From the NCBI GenBank assembly GCA_020137815.1, contig CM035351.1:7130001-7194000 (forward strand): DNA of 64,000 nucleotides, given 5' to 3'. The position numbers and the translations under genes are program-made. Within the stretch, counting starts at the first letter, position 1. The number at the start of each line of letters is the position of its first letter. Of the stretch, positions 36,056 to 51,000 are shown one piece after another. The notes below the pieces were generated by a model. It was not told the DNA's origin and did no database searches. It saw only the letters and a list, made by a program, of their open reading frames with translations. Source of the DNA: Hormiphora californensis (Eukaryota; Animalia; Ctenophora).

Positions 36056-39000
36056 TTAATGTTTCTCTGATATTCCCTTGAGATAGAAGACCCAATGAAC
36101 CGCTTGTCCCGCCGAGTTTTTAGGGTTCGTTATGGTTAGTTTTCCTGTCTGTGCTGGCAAACTTTGACCACTGAAAGGGTGGGTCGATTAGGTAAGGAAA
36201 AAGGAGGGATGGATTAGTTATTTGCATAAGTTATGCGTAAATTGAAACTACCAAATGAGAGAAATAGGTCGGGGAGACCGGAGAAGTTAAAAAACTTTCT
36301 TACCTTGGGCTTCCGTTATATGTAACCATGATATTGATGGTTTTCTTGGCTCTGATGAGCTCTGATTGTTTCACAGCAAAGAGTGGATTATCCACGGACA
36401 GGAGGAATGTAGTTGGAACTGGGAAGGTGTTCTTGAATTGGACTGGAATACTTTGTCCCGCTCTGATTGTGAAGGGCCCCTGTGGTTTGGGATGGTGACA
36501 CTGGCCCACCAGAGGGAAGACATACTCTCCACCGGCACCTGGTTGGAGATTGGAGGATTAGAGGGTTTGATTAACACGGTAAAATAATATCAAACTGCCA
36601 CGTCATGTTCAGTCGAATAAAACCTTATTATTAACATTTATAGCAGCTCTGTACACAGCAAAATAATATCAAACTGCCACGTCATGTTCAATCTGATAAC
36701 ACCTTATTATTAACATTATTATAGCAGCTCTGTACCTGACGACACGATGAGAGTTCCCTTGCTGTCCCCCAGGGCAGCAGGTTCATACGTCACATCAATT
36801 ACCACCTCAGTACCACCCACCCCACCGCTAGTAGCAGGCTGGGTGTTCTTCTCCACATGGAATTCAGCGCCCTCCGTCTTACTGGAATAGTCCACTTTAG
36901 TCTTGCTGTAGTTCACTAGGCGTGCCTGGAGGACTTGGGAGGTACCCAGACCCGTCTTGAAGATGAGGGGTTTTTCTGGGCCGGCTGGTGTGGCAACTAG
37001 CTCAACCTGAGAGAGAGGAGTGTGTTAGAACAGATTGTATAGTGAGTGATTAGAAACATAAAGTACTAAATAACAGATATCAGATCTGAGAGAAAGGAGA
37101 TAAGTTACCCACCTCATAGATGTATTGTCCCAAATCAACCGAGCTAAAGACAATCTTAGCGTTGCTATCCCCAGCCTTCAGGGGCATGAACTCAAAGGAA
37201 AACAGTCCCTCAGAAAGGGGTGGGACAGTGAAGGTAGGAAGGAGGGAGATCTCTGTTGTGTTGTTGAGTTGTGTTGTCAGGGTTACTGATGTTGTCAGGG
37301 GGTTGTACACTGGGATGGTGTGACTGACAGACTGCCGGACAGGTGCAGTTAGTTTGAGGGTGTCAATCACACCGGGGGAGGAGACCTTGTAGGTGACAAA
37401 GTAGAACTGGTATTCTCCGGTTAGGGGATTCTTGAAGGTTATCTGATGGAGAGAATGTATGCTGTTAGTGCTACTATCATAGCATAGGTACTAGGACATT
37501 AATGTTATTTCGCTCCCGGTTCGGAGAGGGCATTTTGAGACAGATCTAACATTGTGAATGCTAGCACTTAGAAGGTATGATTAGCACACTGTATATAATC
37601 ACTGATAATAGCACGTGGGTGTCTATAAATACCTTGGTGTGAACGTTTCCCTCTTTGTAAGCCTCAAAGCTAAGTTTGTACTCCCGATCACTCAGACCAG
37701 GAATATCAATATAATCGAATCCCTTGATAGTGGTAGCAGGGTCCGGCTTGTCTGGTTTCAGAATCTCTCTGATGATAACAAATCGCTGGGGCGTTCTCAA
37801 CCAGTTATGCACCTTCAACAGCTATACGAGGGATTAGAGGGATCAGTTGTTGACTATTAGGGAATGAAAATGAGAAGGGAGAGTATGGGGACTTTGGATA
37901 CAAATCCGTTTATTCATTGCGTTCAGTCACTCAGTCAGCAGGAGAAAACTGAACTCCTTGTTACAATGATAAACAACCCAATCTCGAATTAACCTACCTC
38001 CACGTGATGTGTCTTTGCGGGGAGTTCGTATGTCAGGCTTCCCAGAGGTCTGGGGTGATCACTGAATCCCGTCATGTTGTATAGCAGACCAGATCCATCA
38101 GGCAAGGGGAAGAAAATGGAGCCCTGTTGTGAAGAGAGGGTTGTTAGTTTCGAATCAGGAAATGAATTATAGAATGCGGATAGGACTTTATACTGGCCAT
38201 GTGCGTGTAACTGTTTTAGGTTGTACAAGACAGTAAGTGATAGAAAGGAAAAGAGGGATCCCAAACGTTCACCCTCGTCTCTCCTAGATGGGGAAATGAC
38301 ATCTCTCCCAACTCACGTTATGTTTCTTGTTTTCATTCGTCATGGACAATGGTTGATAGGACACCTCATACTGTTTGTGTTGTCCTGGATCCACCACTAG
38401 CAACTCTGCACCGTGGAAATACTCTCCCTCAATAACAGGAACCAAGGACCACGGGGTACCAGATTTGTTGTGGAGGGTTATCGATCTTGTCTCCTTGCCA
38501 CGAACAGAACAAACAAAGTTGAGCACCTGGATTATATTGGTGTCAGAAAAACAATTGGGTCATAAACACCGTATATTTATGAAATGGGAGAGAGTAAGTA
38601 GAAAACAAACCGGTTTTATTTCTAATATTTCCCTACCTCTTTAGTGGGTGTAGCAGGTATACAAGCTCCTGTAAGGGTCAGGTATAGTTGAGTTCCATCC
38701 TCGATCATGCACACCAGGTTATCATATCGCACATCTCGGTTGTGTTGTGTAGGGTGGAAGGTTATCACAAAATCAACCGTCATCCCTGTCGCTATATAGC
38801 CCTCCACCGGGCAGATAGAGAAATCAGGGGCAAAGAGGGATTTGTCCCACTTGAATCGAGATCCGATATCCCCAACATTCTGCATGACCAGTTTCCGGGT
38901 GCTCCTCGCGCCCCGGACCACCCCTCCGAATGGGATGTGGTCGGTGTCGAGTTGAATATCGATAGCTTGGCAGGAGCCTTGTACTGTAAAGAGGGGCATG

Positions 39001-42000
39001 GAGATCCCACCGACACACTCCAGCATGACCTGGGGGAGGGGTGTTTAGGGTAAGTATCATGCTGCAGATGAGGATGATGTTTGTCAATCAACTGCTCCAC
39101 ATAGTACTAATAATAACAAACAATGAAACTACTAACCTCTTCGTTAAAGTATGGAACACGTGCTGATGGAGAGAACCTCACCATCACATCCAACTTGCCT
39201 CCTCTGGGCGCCATGGTTATCTCTCTAGCTGGGTTAATACTCAGCACACCGGCGGGAATGGTGGCATTAGGGGCCGCCACCAGGAGGAATGAAACAGCAG
39301 CTAGACTGTTGTTAACAAGTGATACTGTCCGTGTAGCTGTCTCGCCCACTCGGAGTGCCCCAAATTTAACAACCCTCCTCTTGGGCACATCTACATCCAC
39401 CTTCAGAGCGGTACCCTGGCCCAGGATCTTCAACTCAACCACACAGATACCGTTAATAAGGAAGGGGATTGTCTCCGTGTATTTGCGGATATCCATGGGG
39501 AAGAAGGATACCTCCACCTCAGTTCGCTTTCCAGCGGAGATAACAACCGGTTTGGCATCCACCTTGAGGAATGGGGTGTTTTGGTACATACAGTCCACTG
39601 AGATCTCCCTGATGTCATCATTGGTGATGATCAGCTTGATGCTCTCGTGGGACATGCCCGGCTGGTAGAGGAAGCACGGCCCGAAATCATGTTTCTTGAA
39701 GGAGAAGTGGAGATCTGGCAGGATGCCCGCCCCAATGAGAGTCATGGGGAACTGGCAGCCATTCTTAATGCGGCATACAGCAGTCACATTCCTCAAAGTC
39801 ATCTTTTTAGAGGGACAGAAGGCAATATCACAACTCAGGCTGGAACCAGGTTTAACCTCCCCAATTTCGGGTGAAATGGAGATCAGATCTGTGAACTTCT
39901 CCAACTTTGGTGGAAGTGTTATCTCCCACTGGAAGAGGCAATCAAACTTGCCCCCGTTGTTCAGAATGATCTTTTGGAGAGACCTCTCATTCAGTTGGAC
40001 CTCCCCAAAGTTGACAATACCGGTGTTTTGGGACCCGGGTAGGATTGAGACCTGGCTGCCTTTGCTGTCCTGTAGGGAACATGATACAACCATCTCGTAA
40101 CCTTCTGCCTTGACATTCAGTAGGAGGGGTGTTGGTTTCTTGTTCACTTCCACTATCAAGTTGTAATTGTAGGTACCCTCTTCAATAGGCTCAAACATCA
40201 GGTCGACTGTGATACTGAGAAGGGGGAATTGGGGTTGTTATAATCACGGAACCACGGAAAAAGATTTGTTAGTCAAAAGAAGGATGATAGATCACATTTC
40301 TTATTACCTTGAGTTGGGCGGGATGGTTGCCTGCATGGGCTCTACATGTAACATGGCAGACTGGGTATATGCAGTGAGACACTTCTTGTCAAAGGATATC
40401 TTGAATGGTACCGACTCCTTATTGTAGATCTTCACTTGTTCAATAGCACGCCTCTTCAATAGCAGACCCTTGAAGTTGACCTGACTAGAACCAAGGAAGA
40501 CAGATGGCTCAGATGTGATTCCAACCACTAGAAGGGGTACGCTCAGTGCCAGACTAGGGATGGTGAACCTCCAGAAGGATTCAACCAGTTGAAGGGAGGT
40601 TGGGGTGAAGTCAAATGAGATGGTTGCTTTCTTTCCCGGGTATACAACTCCTGTGAGTGTTTTACACGCCACCTCAGTTCCTGTAGAATAACAGTGTTAG
40701 CTAGTGTGACACTGGCAGGGTGAAAATCATAATTTCAATACTCTAGCTGTTACTAATCACTATCTAATCATCATCCAAAATAATCACCTGTTTTCTCGCA
40801 ATCCTCATTGATCATGGTGAACTTCCAGACTTCCTGAGTAGGGTTGAGAACATTGAATGACCTCCTCTCAGTAACCCCAACACCGCACGCCAGGAACTCA
40901 ATAACCCTTGTAGCAGGATCAAGAGATACACCAGCTGGCTGCCCTTTAGGTCCCTTTAGTTCAGGCTTCCTCCTGTTACCCCTGATGTAGTCAGACTCCT
41001 CCAACTCAAAGTGACAGTACGGCATCAGGCCTGTTCCCTTGACCTGTATCTGAGGCTGGAGACGTCCCTCCGCCAAGTTGGCAATACTGCAATCAATAAT
41101 AGCATCATGTGAAACACAATCCAGAGGTGAGAACTTTACTTTGAACTCCTGCTGTTGGCCCACCAAGATATGACCCAGGGCAGGCTCTATCTCAAAGGCT
41201 GATTTCTCAAGATCCTCCATGGTGAGGTCTGGTCGGCGCTGACCGGCAGCCGAATGTGGCCTATCAAATGTTACCTTACCACTCCTATCACTAATTATCC
41301 AATGATAATCCAGTAATACATTACCGTTGTTGTATACGTTAAATGTAAACACACGACTCTGGAACATGAGTGTGTCACGGAATGTAATATCCTCACAATC
41401 ACAACTGAAACTAGCGAAATCAGCAGTGGCACTGCATCTCACTGGGATCTCCCTCGCTGACTCATCTACTGTCGTGTTGGCAGGTTCAGGTTCTGTTTCC
41501 ACCACTTTTACCTTCTCGACAGGTTGGGCAGGTTCAGCCTTAGCCGCTATTGCAGCAGCACTCTCAACAGGTTTCTTGTCTCCCTTGTTGGAGTCCTTCT
41601 TGCCTCCCTTTGAGGGTGATGTTACTCGTGGTTCATCATCAACCCCTGAGCTAATGGATTTCCTGGGTTTCTTAGGGACCCATCTGATTATCCTCATCCT
41701 ATCATCCCAATCAGCAACCTGGGCAAGGGGTTGAGGGAAGGTAATCTTGATCACCTTACATGGGATCAATTGGTTTTGGAAGCTAACTGGCTCTTCTGCA
41801 TTGAACTCAGCGATTATGTCCTTGCTGCATCGAGGGTGGAGGTGTCCTGTGTTAGGTACAAAGGTAACGTTAGGCACTGGGGCCCACGAGAACCGATACG
41901 GATCGGTACTGGAGTGGTTGGTAATTGTAAAGGTCATCTGGTGTAGAGCGCTAATTGCACAATCTCCAAAGTTAAGGTGTATTGCACCAATGTTTGCTGT

Positions 42001-45000
42001 CAGAGTTTCCAGTATGTTCTCCTCGACGAATGACGTGCCCTGTTTGCTGCTACCCCGTACATTATCGATCGTAATATCATCTTCATATCCCTCTCCCACG
42101 ACAAATATCGTGCAATCTTCAAACCTGTGTAATAATTGGGTCGTTACACATTGGTTTGTTAAAATCACTGCTGCTGGATCACTATGCAATGTTTTGCAAA
42201 CTGTTCTCACATGCAAGCCCTCCGTTACCACTGACAACGGCAAACGAAACGCGCGCGCTCCAGCTAACTTTCATCGTAAAACTCTGACCGCGCGCTACGT
42301 ACCTGTTATCCTGGACAATCACTTTGATTTCAGCCTTCAGGTTGGAAATGTGCATGGATCTGCAGACGACATCAAAGGAAACCTTCTCATTGACATCCAA
42401 ATCCAGCAGAACAGGTCTTCTAATTGGAGTTAAACCAGGTAGGAAATATCCATAAGCAGTTGCTGGTTTTTCTACCGCACCCTCAACCACCAAAGCAAGT
42501 GTTTCATCAGGAGCATACAAAGTAAATGATGAATCTGGGGTGTGTATCTCCACCAATATCTTAGCCCTGATATTTCCTGTGTTTTGGATTATCAGAGGTT
42601 TGCTCTGGCTCTGTCCCAGGAGCAGTCTGTTAAACTGGATGACTGGCTGGTTCTTGACGGTTGTCTTGATTGGTTCCAGGATGGTTATGGTTGGTAGTGT
42701 TCCCTCTCCCTGGATATCAAATACTAGACTCCTATCCTTCATAATACTCTGGTGAAGTCCCTCTGCGTTTATCTGGGTGTGGGGAGAATGGTTAGGAGAT
42801 GCTTGCCATTTTTTCATCGGTAAATATTAAAGTAATAATAAATTGCAAGGCATTCTTGTTTGAATTGTAGTTCTGCTAACCTACCCTGCAACCCCCAGGG
42901 AACCCCCACCACCCAAGTGATTTCCCTTACTATACCTCGACTATTGCTGAGTAGTTTTGGAATGCAGAAGGAGCAAAGGTAACAGTACAGTAGACGTGCT
43001 GATAGGGTGCTATAGTAACTCGGCCTGGTGATATATCAAACACATCACTCGTTTGACTGCTCTTGGCAATGGCCTTTGATTGGGGTTGTTTTACCACACA
43101 TGAAATGTCACACGGCACCTGATGATTAGGAGATGATTGGTGAAAAATCTGATGAAGGAAACATATCATAATTGATAATTCAGTCATTATGTAAAAGGAT
43201 CATTGCACTAATTTATGATAATTACCATTTTATTGTTGGTAATTTTGAACCGTGCCACAGCTGTCTGCCCGACAATCACATAGTTAAAGAGGAATCTGTT
43301 CTCGGCCTCAACATAAACCCCGATATCACCAGCTTCTTTACCCTGTGTTAACTCCAATATATCCTGACTGGCCACAATCTTGTGCTCCTCAAAGATCACC
43401 GAAGTGTCCTTGGTCTCGAACCCTGGTACAACTACCTCACCAGATAGCTTGTAGTAGACGGGGGGCTCAGAGGGTAATCGGTCAGAGATATCTATAGCTA
43501 GAATCTCCTCGCTCCTCCCCTCCGTCTCAGCAAGGCACTCTACAGTGATGGTCTGCTGAGATTGGAAGTTGATTGTTCCGCTAGCCGGGTAAAGATAGAA
43601 CATTCCAAATTGTGCCCGGACATTTCCACCAACTATCTCCTGACGCCGGGTGGTAGAAGGGACGTTACTCAAGCTGTCTGATCTCTGTCCTCTGCCCTTG
43701 TTGGCTAGCATCAACTGAGAGGAAGTTCTCCCACTATCTCTGGTACTGCCCCTCTGTTTCCCTCGCTGACCTATCACTCCCTTGTTACTGATCTTCACAA
43801 TATTGTACCGGAACTCAAATTCACCATGGTTCTCGATGTAGAATTGACGTTGCTTCTTGATGTTGATCACCATGGGCCCAAAGTTGACATCTTTTAGGGG
43901 GTGAATAGCAAACTTGCTGAACACAGACCGGGCACTTAGCTTCACAGGAATTTTGGCCACAACGCCACCTTGGTTTCCCAAGGTGCGGCTCAATCACTTG
44001 ACACTTCAGAATTGGGAGGTCCTTGATGTTGCACTCCTGTTTACTCTTGAAGATGACATGAACCGTGGAGGGTTTGTCGTTGGGGAACAGTTGCCCAGAG
44101 GGAGGGTCCACCTTAAATAGCTCTATAGCTTCCTTCATTTCTGGATCGGAGGTGTCGAACTCAAACCTGGTAGTGGAGGGGGAATAGTAGTTAGGGGAGG
44201 GTACTGTTAGATGTAATAGTGACTAAATGAGCTGTGGTTGGTATAGAAAAAGAGGTATGGAGTCACTGTGAAGGATAGTGTTATAGCAGAGCAGTAGAAC
44301 AGCATGAGGAGGAGGAGGGAGATTAGTCACGCTCCCTCAATTAATTAAACAAGCACGCCGCGACAGAGTCTATCTAACACAAAACACTCTTGTTTGATGC
44401 ATTAGTTGTTTGATGCGTTATAATGGAGCATAACCGGGACGCAACAAACAGCGTGCACCAAATGTCCAGGTAAATTGTGATTGTCTGATAGCTCGCTACA
44501 TGTCCCTTGCCGGCACTCGAAGCATGTCCCGGAGCTGGTGAAGTACGGAGTACCCGGGAGTGTTGTAGGTACCCAGGGTAATCGGAGCCTGCGAAGGTAA
44601 CGAATGTCGGTGTGTGTATTTTGTAACCCCATATTATGTTCCAGTGTCGCCCCCTCATTGGATACCAAACAAAGATCAAGTCCACGGCGTGCCCGAGGGT
44701 AGTTTAACATTTGTTTGAGTGCACACCTCCAATTCTGGTTGTAACTGGTCGGGAAGACCTCCATGAAGGTCGTGACGGTGCGGGAAAAATAGGGTAGACC
44801 TGCTGCGGCTTCAGAAAATTGAGAAAAAGATAGCTATCTTTTTTTTCACTTTGAAAATAAGACGTTTTTTATTAAAAGATCCTTGATCAGTGAGATACGG
44901 TTGTCCCCCACCTATTTTGTGACGTAGAATCGAATGCCGTTGAAGTCAAATCTCTAAAATGTTGGCAAAATGGAGAAAATCACGTTTTTAGGTGTTTTTT

Positions 45001-48000
45001 GGTGAAAAAAGCGTTCAAACTGGTAGTAGATAATGGGATAGAGTCCCAAAAATATCATAAATCGATTTTTTGGGTCTTTTTCGCCCTAGGAACAGAGTTT
45101 CATGAAAATCTGGTACAACGCCTATTCTCCGTTTGCTTTCAAAGAAGGTGAATATTGCTCTAATTTAGCCAATTTTGAAGAAAAGGCGTCCAAAATGATA
45201 CCAGTTGACAGGATAGAGTCCCAAAAACGTGAAAATCATCAATTTTAGGCATTTTATACCCTAGAAACAAATGGACATGGTGGTCGAATGATATTTTTTA
45301 TCTCGGTAGGCCTCTGAAGTATGTGGAAATAGCCACAATGTAGAGATTGTGGTAAATTAATGTGAATAAAAGTTTACCAAACCCACTTTAGCACCTGCTA
45401 AGTTGAAGAGTGGCTCTTGCATAATCCAGAAGCCCACTAAAGTGGGTTTGTTAAACGTTTATTCACATTAATTTACCACAATCTCTACATTGTGGCTATT
45501 TCCACATACTTCAGAGGCCTACCGAGATAAAAAATATCATTCGACCACCATGTCCATTTGTTTCTAGGGTATAAAATGCCTAAAATTGATGATTTTCACG
45601 TTTTTGGGACTCTATCCTGTCAACTGGTATCATTTTGGACGCCTTTTCTTCAAAATTGGCTAAATTAGAGCAATATTCACCTTCTTTGAAAGCAAACGGA
45701 GAATAGGCGTTGTACCAGATTTTCATGAAACTCTGTTCCTAGGGCGAAAAAGACCCAAAAAATCGATTTATGATATTTTTGGGACTCTATCCCATTATCT
45801 ACTACCAGTTTGAACGCTTTTTTCACCAAAAAACACCTAAAAACGTGATTTTCTCCATTTTGCCAACATTGTAGAGATTTGACTTCAACGGCATTCGATT
45901 CTACGTCACAAAATAGGTGGGGGACAACCGTATCTCACTGATCAAGGATCTTTTAATAAAAAACGTCTTATTTTCAAAGTGAAAAAAAAGATAGCTATCT
46001 TTTTCTCAATTTTCTGAAGCCGCAGCAGGTCTACCCTATTTTTCCCACACCGTCACGACCTTCAGGGAGGTCTTCCCGACCAGTTACAACCGGAATTGGA
46101 GGTGTGCACTCAAACAAATGTTAAACTACCCTCGGGCACGCCGTGAGTCAGCGACCCTCCATACCGATGAGAAGACCATCTACACCATTTCATCTGACTA
46201 CTCTATCCGTGTTTGGGATTTTGAAGAATGTACCCTAATCAGTTGTAAAATGATCAAATCTCGGCGGGGCAAGCCCCATAACATCACAACTTCCCCCAAG
46301 TATATCCTGATTACCACTAACGTTGGTCAGCTCCTGCTGTTTGACATCCAGAACCTCCTTGACAACCCCCGACGATGCTATGTTACAGACACACGACAGG
46401 GAAAGTGTGCCATCTCAGCGGACGAAAGATCCATTCTGGTACCGTCTTATGATCGGAAACTGTATCTATACGACATTAGGATGAATAGAACTGTCCAGAA
46501 GATGTTTAGTCACGGGGACAGTGTGACATGTGCTAGTTTCGATAGAAAAGAAGAACGGTATTGTGTCTCTGGATCTCTTGATAAAACTGTCTCTCTTTGG
46601 GATCTCAGGTTCGCAAAGTTACCGCTGCGAACAACTGCAGTGGGGTACCCCGTACTAAACGTTGTCATGTCCCCCAATGGCCTAGTATCTGCCTCGGGGA
46701 TGTCCAAGGTGGTGAGTGTTCTAGAGATGGGCCTGGATGCGGCTCTGTGGAGGTGCCCCGCTCACCAGGGGTGGGGTGAGCAACTCAGCTCTACCGCTGG
46801 GGATTATATCTACAGTGCGGCATACCAGGATACATTAGTACAGATAGATACGAGTAGTGGCAGGGTGAGGCTCATGTGTGATCTCAAACTAGCATGTGTG
46901 TATGATGTAAAACTGACTACAGGGACTAACAAACTGAGGGTTATTGGCTCACCAGATCAGGATGAAATCAAGTTAGTTGTCTGTCTGTCTGTGTCTGTCT
47001 GTCTGTATGGCTGTCTCTTTTACTGTCTATTTGTGGGGTTGTCTATGGGATTGGGTATGGGTTGTCTATGGGATTGGGTAGCTGTAGTTTATCCGCCAGT
47101 GGCGGATAAACTGGTTTAAATCACGACGACGATCCCGAGGCGGAGCCGAGGGAGAGGCGGAGGGGTTTAAACCAATAACGTGCCATTGGTCAGAGTTTAT
47201 GGGTTATATACCCTGCTTTAGTTGTTTGTCTCAAGTATTACACACTAACAAGAGAGAAAACACTAATCAAAACACACAAAGAGAACTGAGAAACAGTCAA
47301 AAACATCTCTCAATTGAGTGTATATTGTTTGGTAACAGTTACTAAGGAGAGAGAGAAAGAAATAACAAGATATGGGGCATGCCAGACATAACACAGAGGA
47401 ATTGAGATAGTGAAACAAAAGGGGAGATAAAGAGAGAGAAATTGACGGAATGTGTTGTTTCTTTCTCTCCAATGCAGTGTGTAACTCTTGCAAACAGTGT
47501 TCCCTCTGTATTTCAGTAAGAACTGATCATTTACACACACTTTGAATGTAACATAGGAGTTAATAATAAACAGCCAGCCAGTGGGAAATAATCTGCCGCT
47601 GGACTGGCTGTATATTGAGAGCGCGCCAGTGGGACTTCTCGCCGCTGGCGGGTTATTTAAGTTAGCAGGGTATATAAATTTCTAACTGTCATGGTAACAC
47701 AAACTCTTCTCCACTAGATCGTACAGGGCGACAGCGGATGAAAAGTTGTCTGACGTTAACTTGACTACCAAGGATAAGGAGGATTTCATCAAGAGATGGC
47801 AGACTCAGATGCAGTTCGATTATGAACCAGACGGAGAACAACAACAGGAGGAACCAGCTGGAGTAGAGGAGGGAGGGACAGAAAAAGGGGAAGAAAAGAA
47901 GGAGGAAACTGAGGTTGTACCGGGGGTTGAGAATCAAGATGGAGAGGAAGAGGAAAATAAAGAAGAGGAAACTAAGGAAGAGGAAAAAGAAGAAGAAGAA

Positions 48001-51000
48001 GAAGAGGATGCAGTACCAGCTATTGTGGTAACAAAACGAGCACTACGCCGGAGAGATACAACCTACTTCCGGCTAGTACCACTACAACAACGGAAAGTTA
48101 TCTAGTCTTGTTCTTACCTGAACCCAATTTCATATCTGCCCCTGTTTTTGAGGGTACACGTCTGTTTGGCCTCCTCGAATACCTTTAGACCACCAAAGTC
48201 TAGACCCCCATCGGCACCTTTGGGGAACATGAGATCCAGTGCTACGTCATAAGCCTCAACTTGGACTTGAATGTTCTCATTCTGTACCAGACCCATAATT
48301 TGGTCCACATCAGAAATCTGTAAAGAATGATGTGTTATAATTACTTTTATTTACACATTAATTGTTTATAAAGGAAGTGTCCTGATCATTTCTTTACCTC
48401 AATTCGAATGTTCTTCTTTACATTCAACACTTTAACAGCCCTGAAGTGTAGTTTGATCTCACACTCTTGCCGCGGCTCTATGATACCATGATCACTTGAC
48501 AAAGAGAAATCATCCCCCAAGTTATCCATTCCATTTATCCTCCAGGCAACAGGTAGAAGAGTGCTGTTCCTCACAAACAGTGACCTTGAATCTTTCCTAA
48601 ATTTAGGGGGAGGAAAACTTGTTCACTTCTTGAATTTTCTGGATAAAGAGATCTGAGCAAGATTTTTTTTTAAACTTGAATTTTGCAACAACTCCAGCAC
48701 TACTTGATCTACTACTAATACTGTTATTTTAAATAACCCGGGCGCAGAGATATATAATTATTGTCGAACAAGGCAATACTAATCTACAAGTATAACATCT
48801 ACCTGTGTAGCAGGACCCTATCGAACTGCAGGACCTTCTTGTCCAGCTCAACCTCAGGTCTCACTCCAGTACAACTGACAGGGAACACAATAGGCTGGGG
48901 ATTCTCCCGGATACAGCACACCAAGCTGTCTTTGTACTCGTGAGGGGTCTTAGGGTAGGCCCACACACACAGATCTTGTTTCTCTCCAGGTTTCAGTTTC
49001 ATGTAAGGAGGATCGAGGAGGTAGGTGGTCGCATTAGCGTCATTCTGGAAGCAGAATGAAACTTCACTCTCGAAGGGTGAGGTGTTGACAATATTGAATT
49101 TTTCCATGTTTTCTGGATACCGACCCTCCTTGTACCTGTGTTGGAGGGGGTTCAATAATTATAAGTGATTTCAAGTTATTTCAAGTGGTATTCATTTATT
49201 TTCTACAATCATTGGATCACCTACCGGTCCCTGTTTTTGCCGCACAACAATGGTCCAAAGTCATACACATTCTCATCCAGAATGAACTTCTTCTGAACAA
49301 TTTCCTCGTCAGTCCTCCCCTTCTTTCGGTTGTGGAAGACTAATTTGGGCTCAGTGCCAATCTGGGGGAAGGCACATACTCCTCGTCCACAAAGAGTATA
49401 CCTTTGCCGGGTACCAATTATCTCAAAGTTTAATTGTTCGTCAAACACTCCAAGTTCAGATGAGGTAAACCGGAGACGAAGGATTGTCTCACCATTAGCA
49501 GGGATCACCCATCGATGGGATGTCAGTCTGGGGAGGGGGGTAGAATTAGAATAGACAGAGATATAAGGGGTAGGGCCCTACCTAGGGGGCGAATCAGGTG
49601 AACATTGAGCAGAGAGGATAAAGTATACGATCTCTTCAAACAAAGATGTCTTATTAGCCGTATGATAACTTACGTTGGGTTTTTAGGTACGCTGGTTGTT
49701 GACTCAGCGACTGAGCATGGTCTCTCCTCCACAGAGATTGGTGAAGGAGCGGATGTTTTTGTTGCCTTGGCACCCTTGACAGGTTTAGGAGATGATCCCC
49801 TAGTTCCTCCCTTCCCCTTTTTAGTGGGCTCTGCCTTCACTTCAACAGAGACAGGTGGGGTTGCTGCCTTCTCCATCTCCTCCTGGTCCTTCTCCTCCTT
49901 CTTCTCTACATTGGCATCGTCCACTGAGGAGGCCACGAAAACAAAGTGGGCAGGTGGCTCATTGATATCCCTCCTCTTCAGCGGCATCTTGATAACTGAG
50001 AATGTAGCGGGAGGAGGGATAGGAGGGCCGTTTGGTCCGAGACCCAACCCGTCCAGGATCTCCTCGACTGTAGGTAGTCCTGCAGCCATGATCTGGTGTG
50101 ATACATTCTCATCGTAGCAGGCTGCCTTGATGGAGAACAGGGGCACACCAATCTTCTCTTCTTTCTCATTTTCATCTCCAAGTGGCTCTGAGATACTCGA
50201 GTTGATGGGTGATTCTGGGGGCGGTACGGGAGCATTGAGTGCCACAGACTTTGTCTCCGCTCTTGTAGCAACGCTATCCCGGCTATCTTTCTCTTTGAAC
50301 TTTCTCTTGCTACTTCCACTGCTTACAGGGGGAGCTGAAAAAAGAAGTTCTCGTTAGTAAAATCATGCCTAGTCGATAAGAAAAACAAAGGGTAACTACA
50401 ATTATTGTAATTACCATATTTTGTATTTTTCCGATTTCCTATTGCATACCTTGGAACATCTCCTCCTCGGTCATTTCACCTCTCTTCTTACGGACACACC
50501 CATTGACCCTGTCCCATTGCTCAACAGTCTTCTTCAGCTCAGCGCTAACTGCCTCGTACGCCTGGTATCTGTAATAGTGATCAGGGGGTTAGATCAAACT
50601 ACCTCTAAGACACGGCTACAGTTTAGAAAAGATACAAAAAATAACATCGTAATATAAATGTTCCTTACCTTTGAATGAGTCCCTCGATCTTAGAGTCCTC
50701 TAAAGTTGACTCATCTGCACTGTTTTTACTGATATCACACAGACTAGTTGTACCACCAGCACCACCAGCACCGCCAGGTCCTGTTGGTGTTCTCTTACCC
50801 ACTGCACTCTTCCTTCTCGTCTTAGTTGGGGTCTCACTACTCTCTGCTTTATCCAGGGGTGCCACCTGGCTGCCTGTATACGATGTACGAGACTCTGACC
50901 GCTCAGCCACAGCTCCATTCTTGCCCTGACCACTGTCCGGTCGGGACGTCTTGGCTGGTGGTGGTGCCACTTTAGTAGTAGTTGGTCGGTCCTTCTGTGC

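Noticed and set aside
44402-44764. 120 aa minus-strand ORF sharing MLNYPRARR with the WD40 ORF
   Set aside because: The shared peptide is just the left TIR read outward; the rest has no recognisable features.
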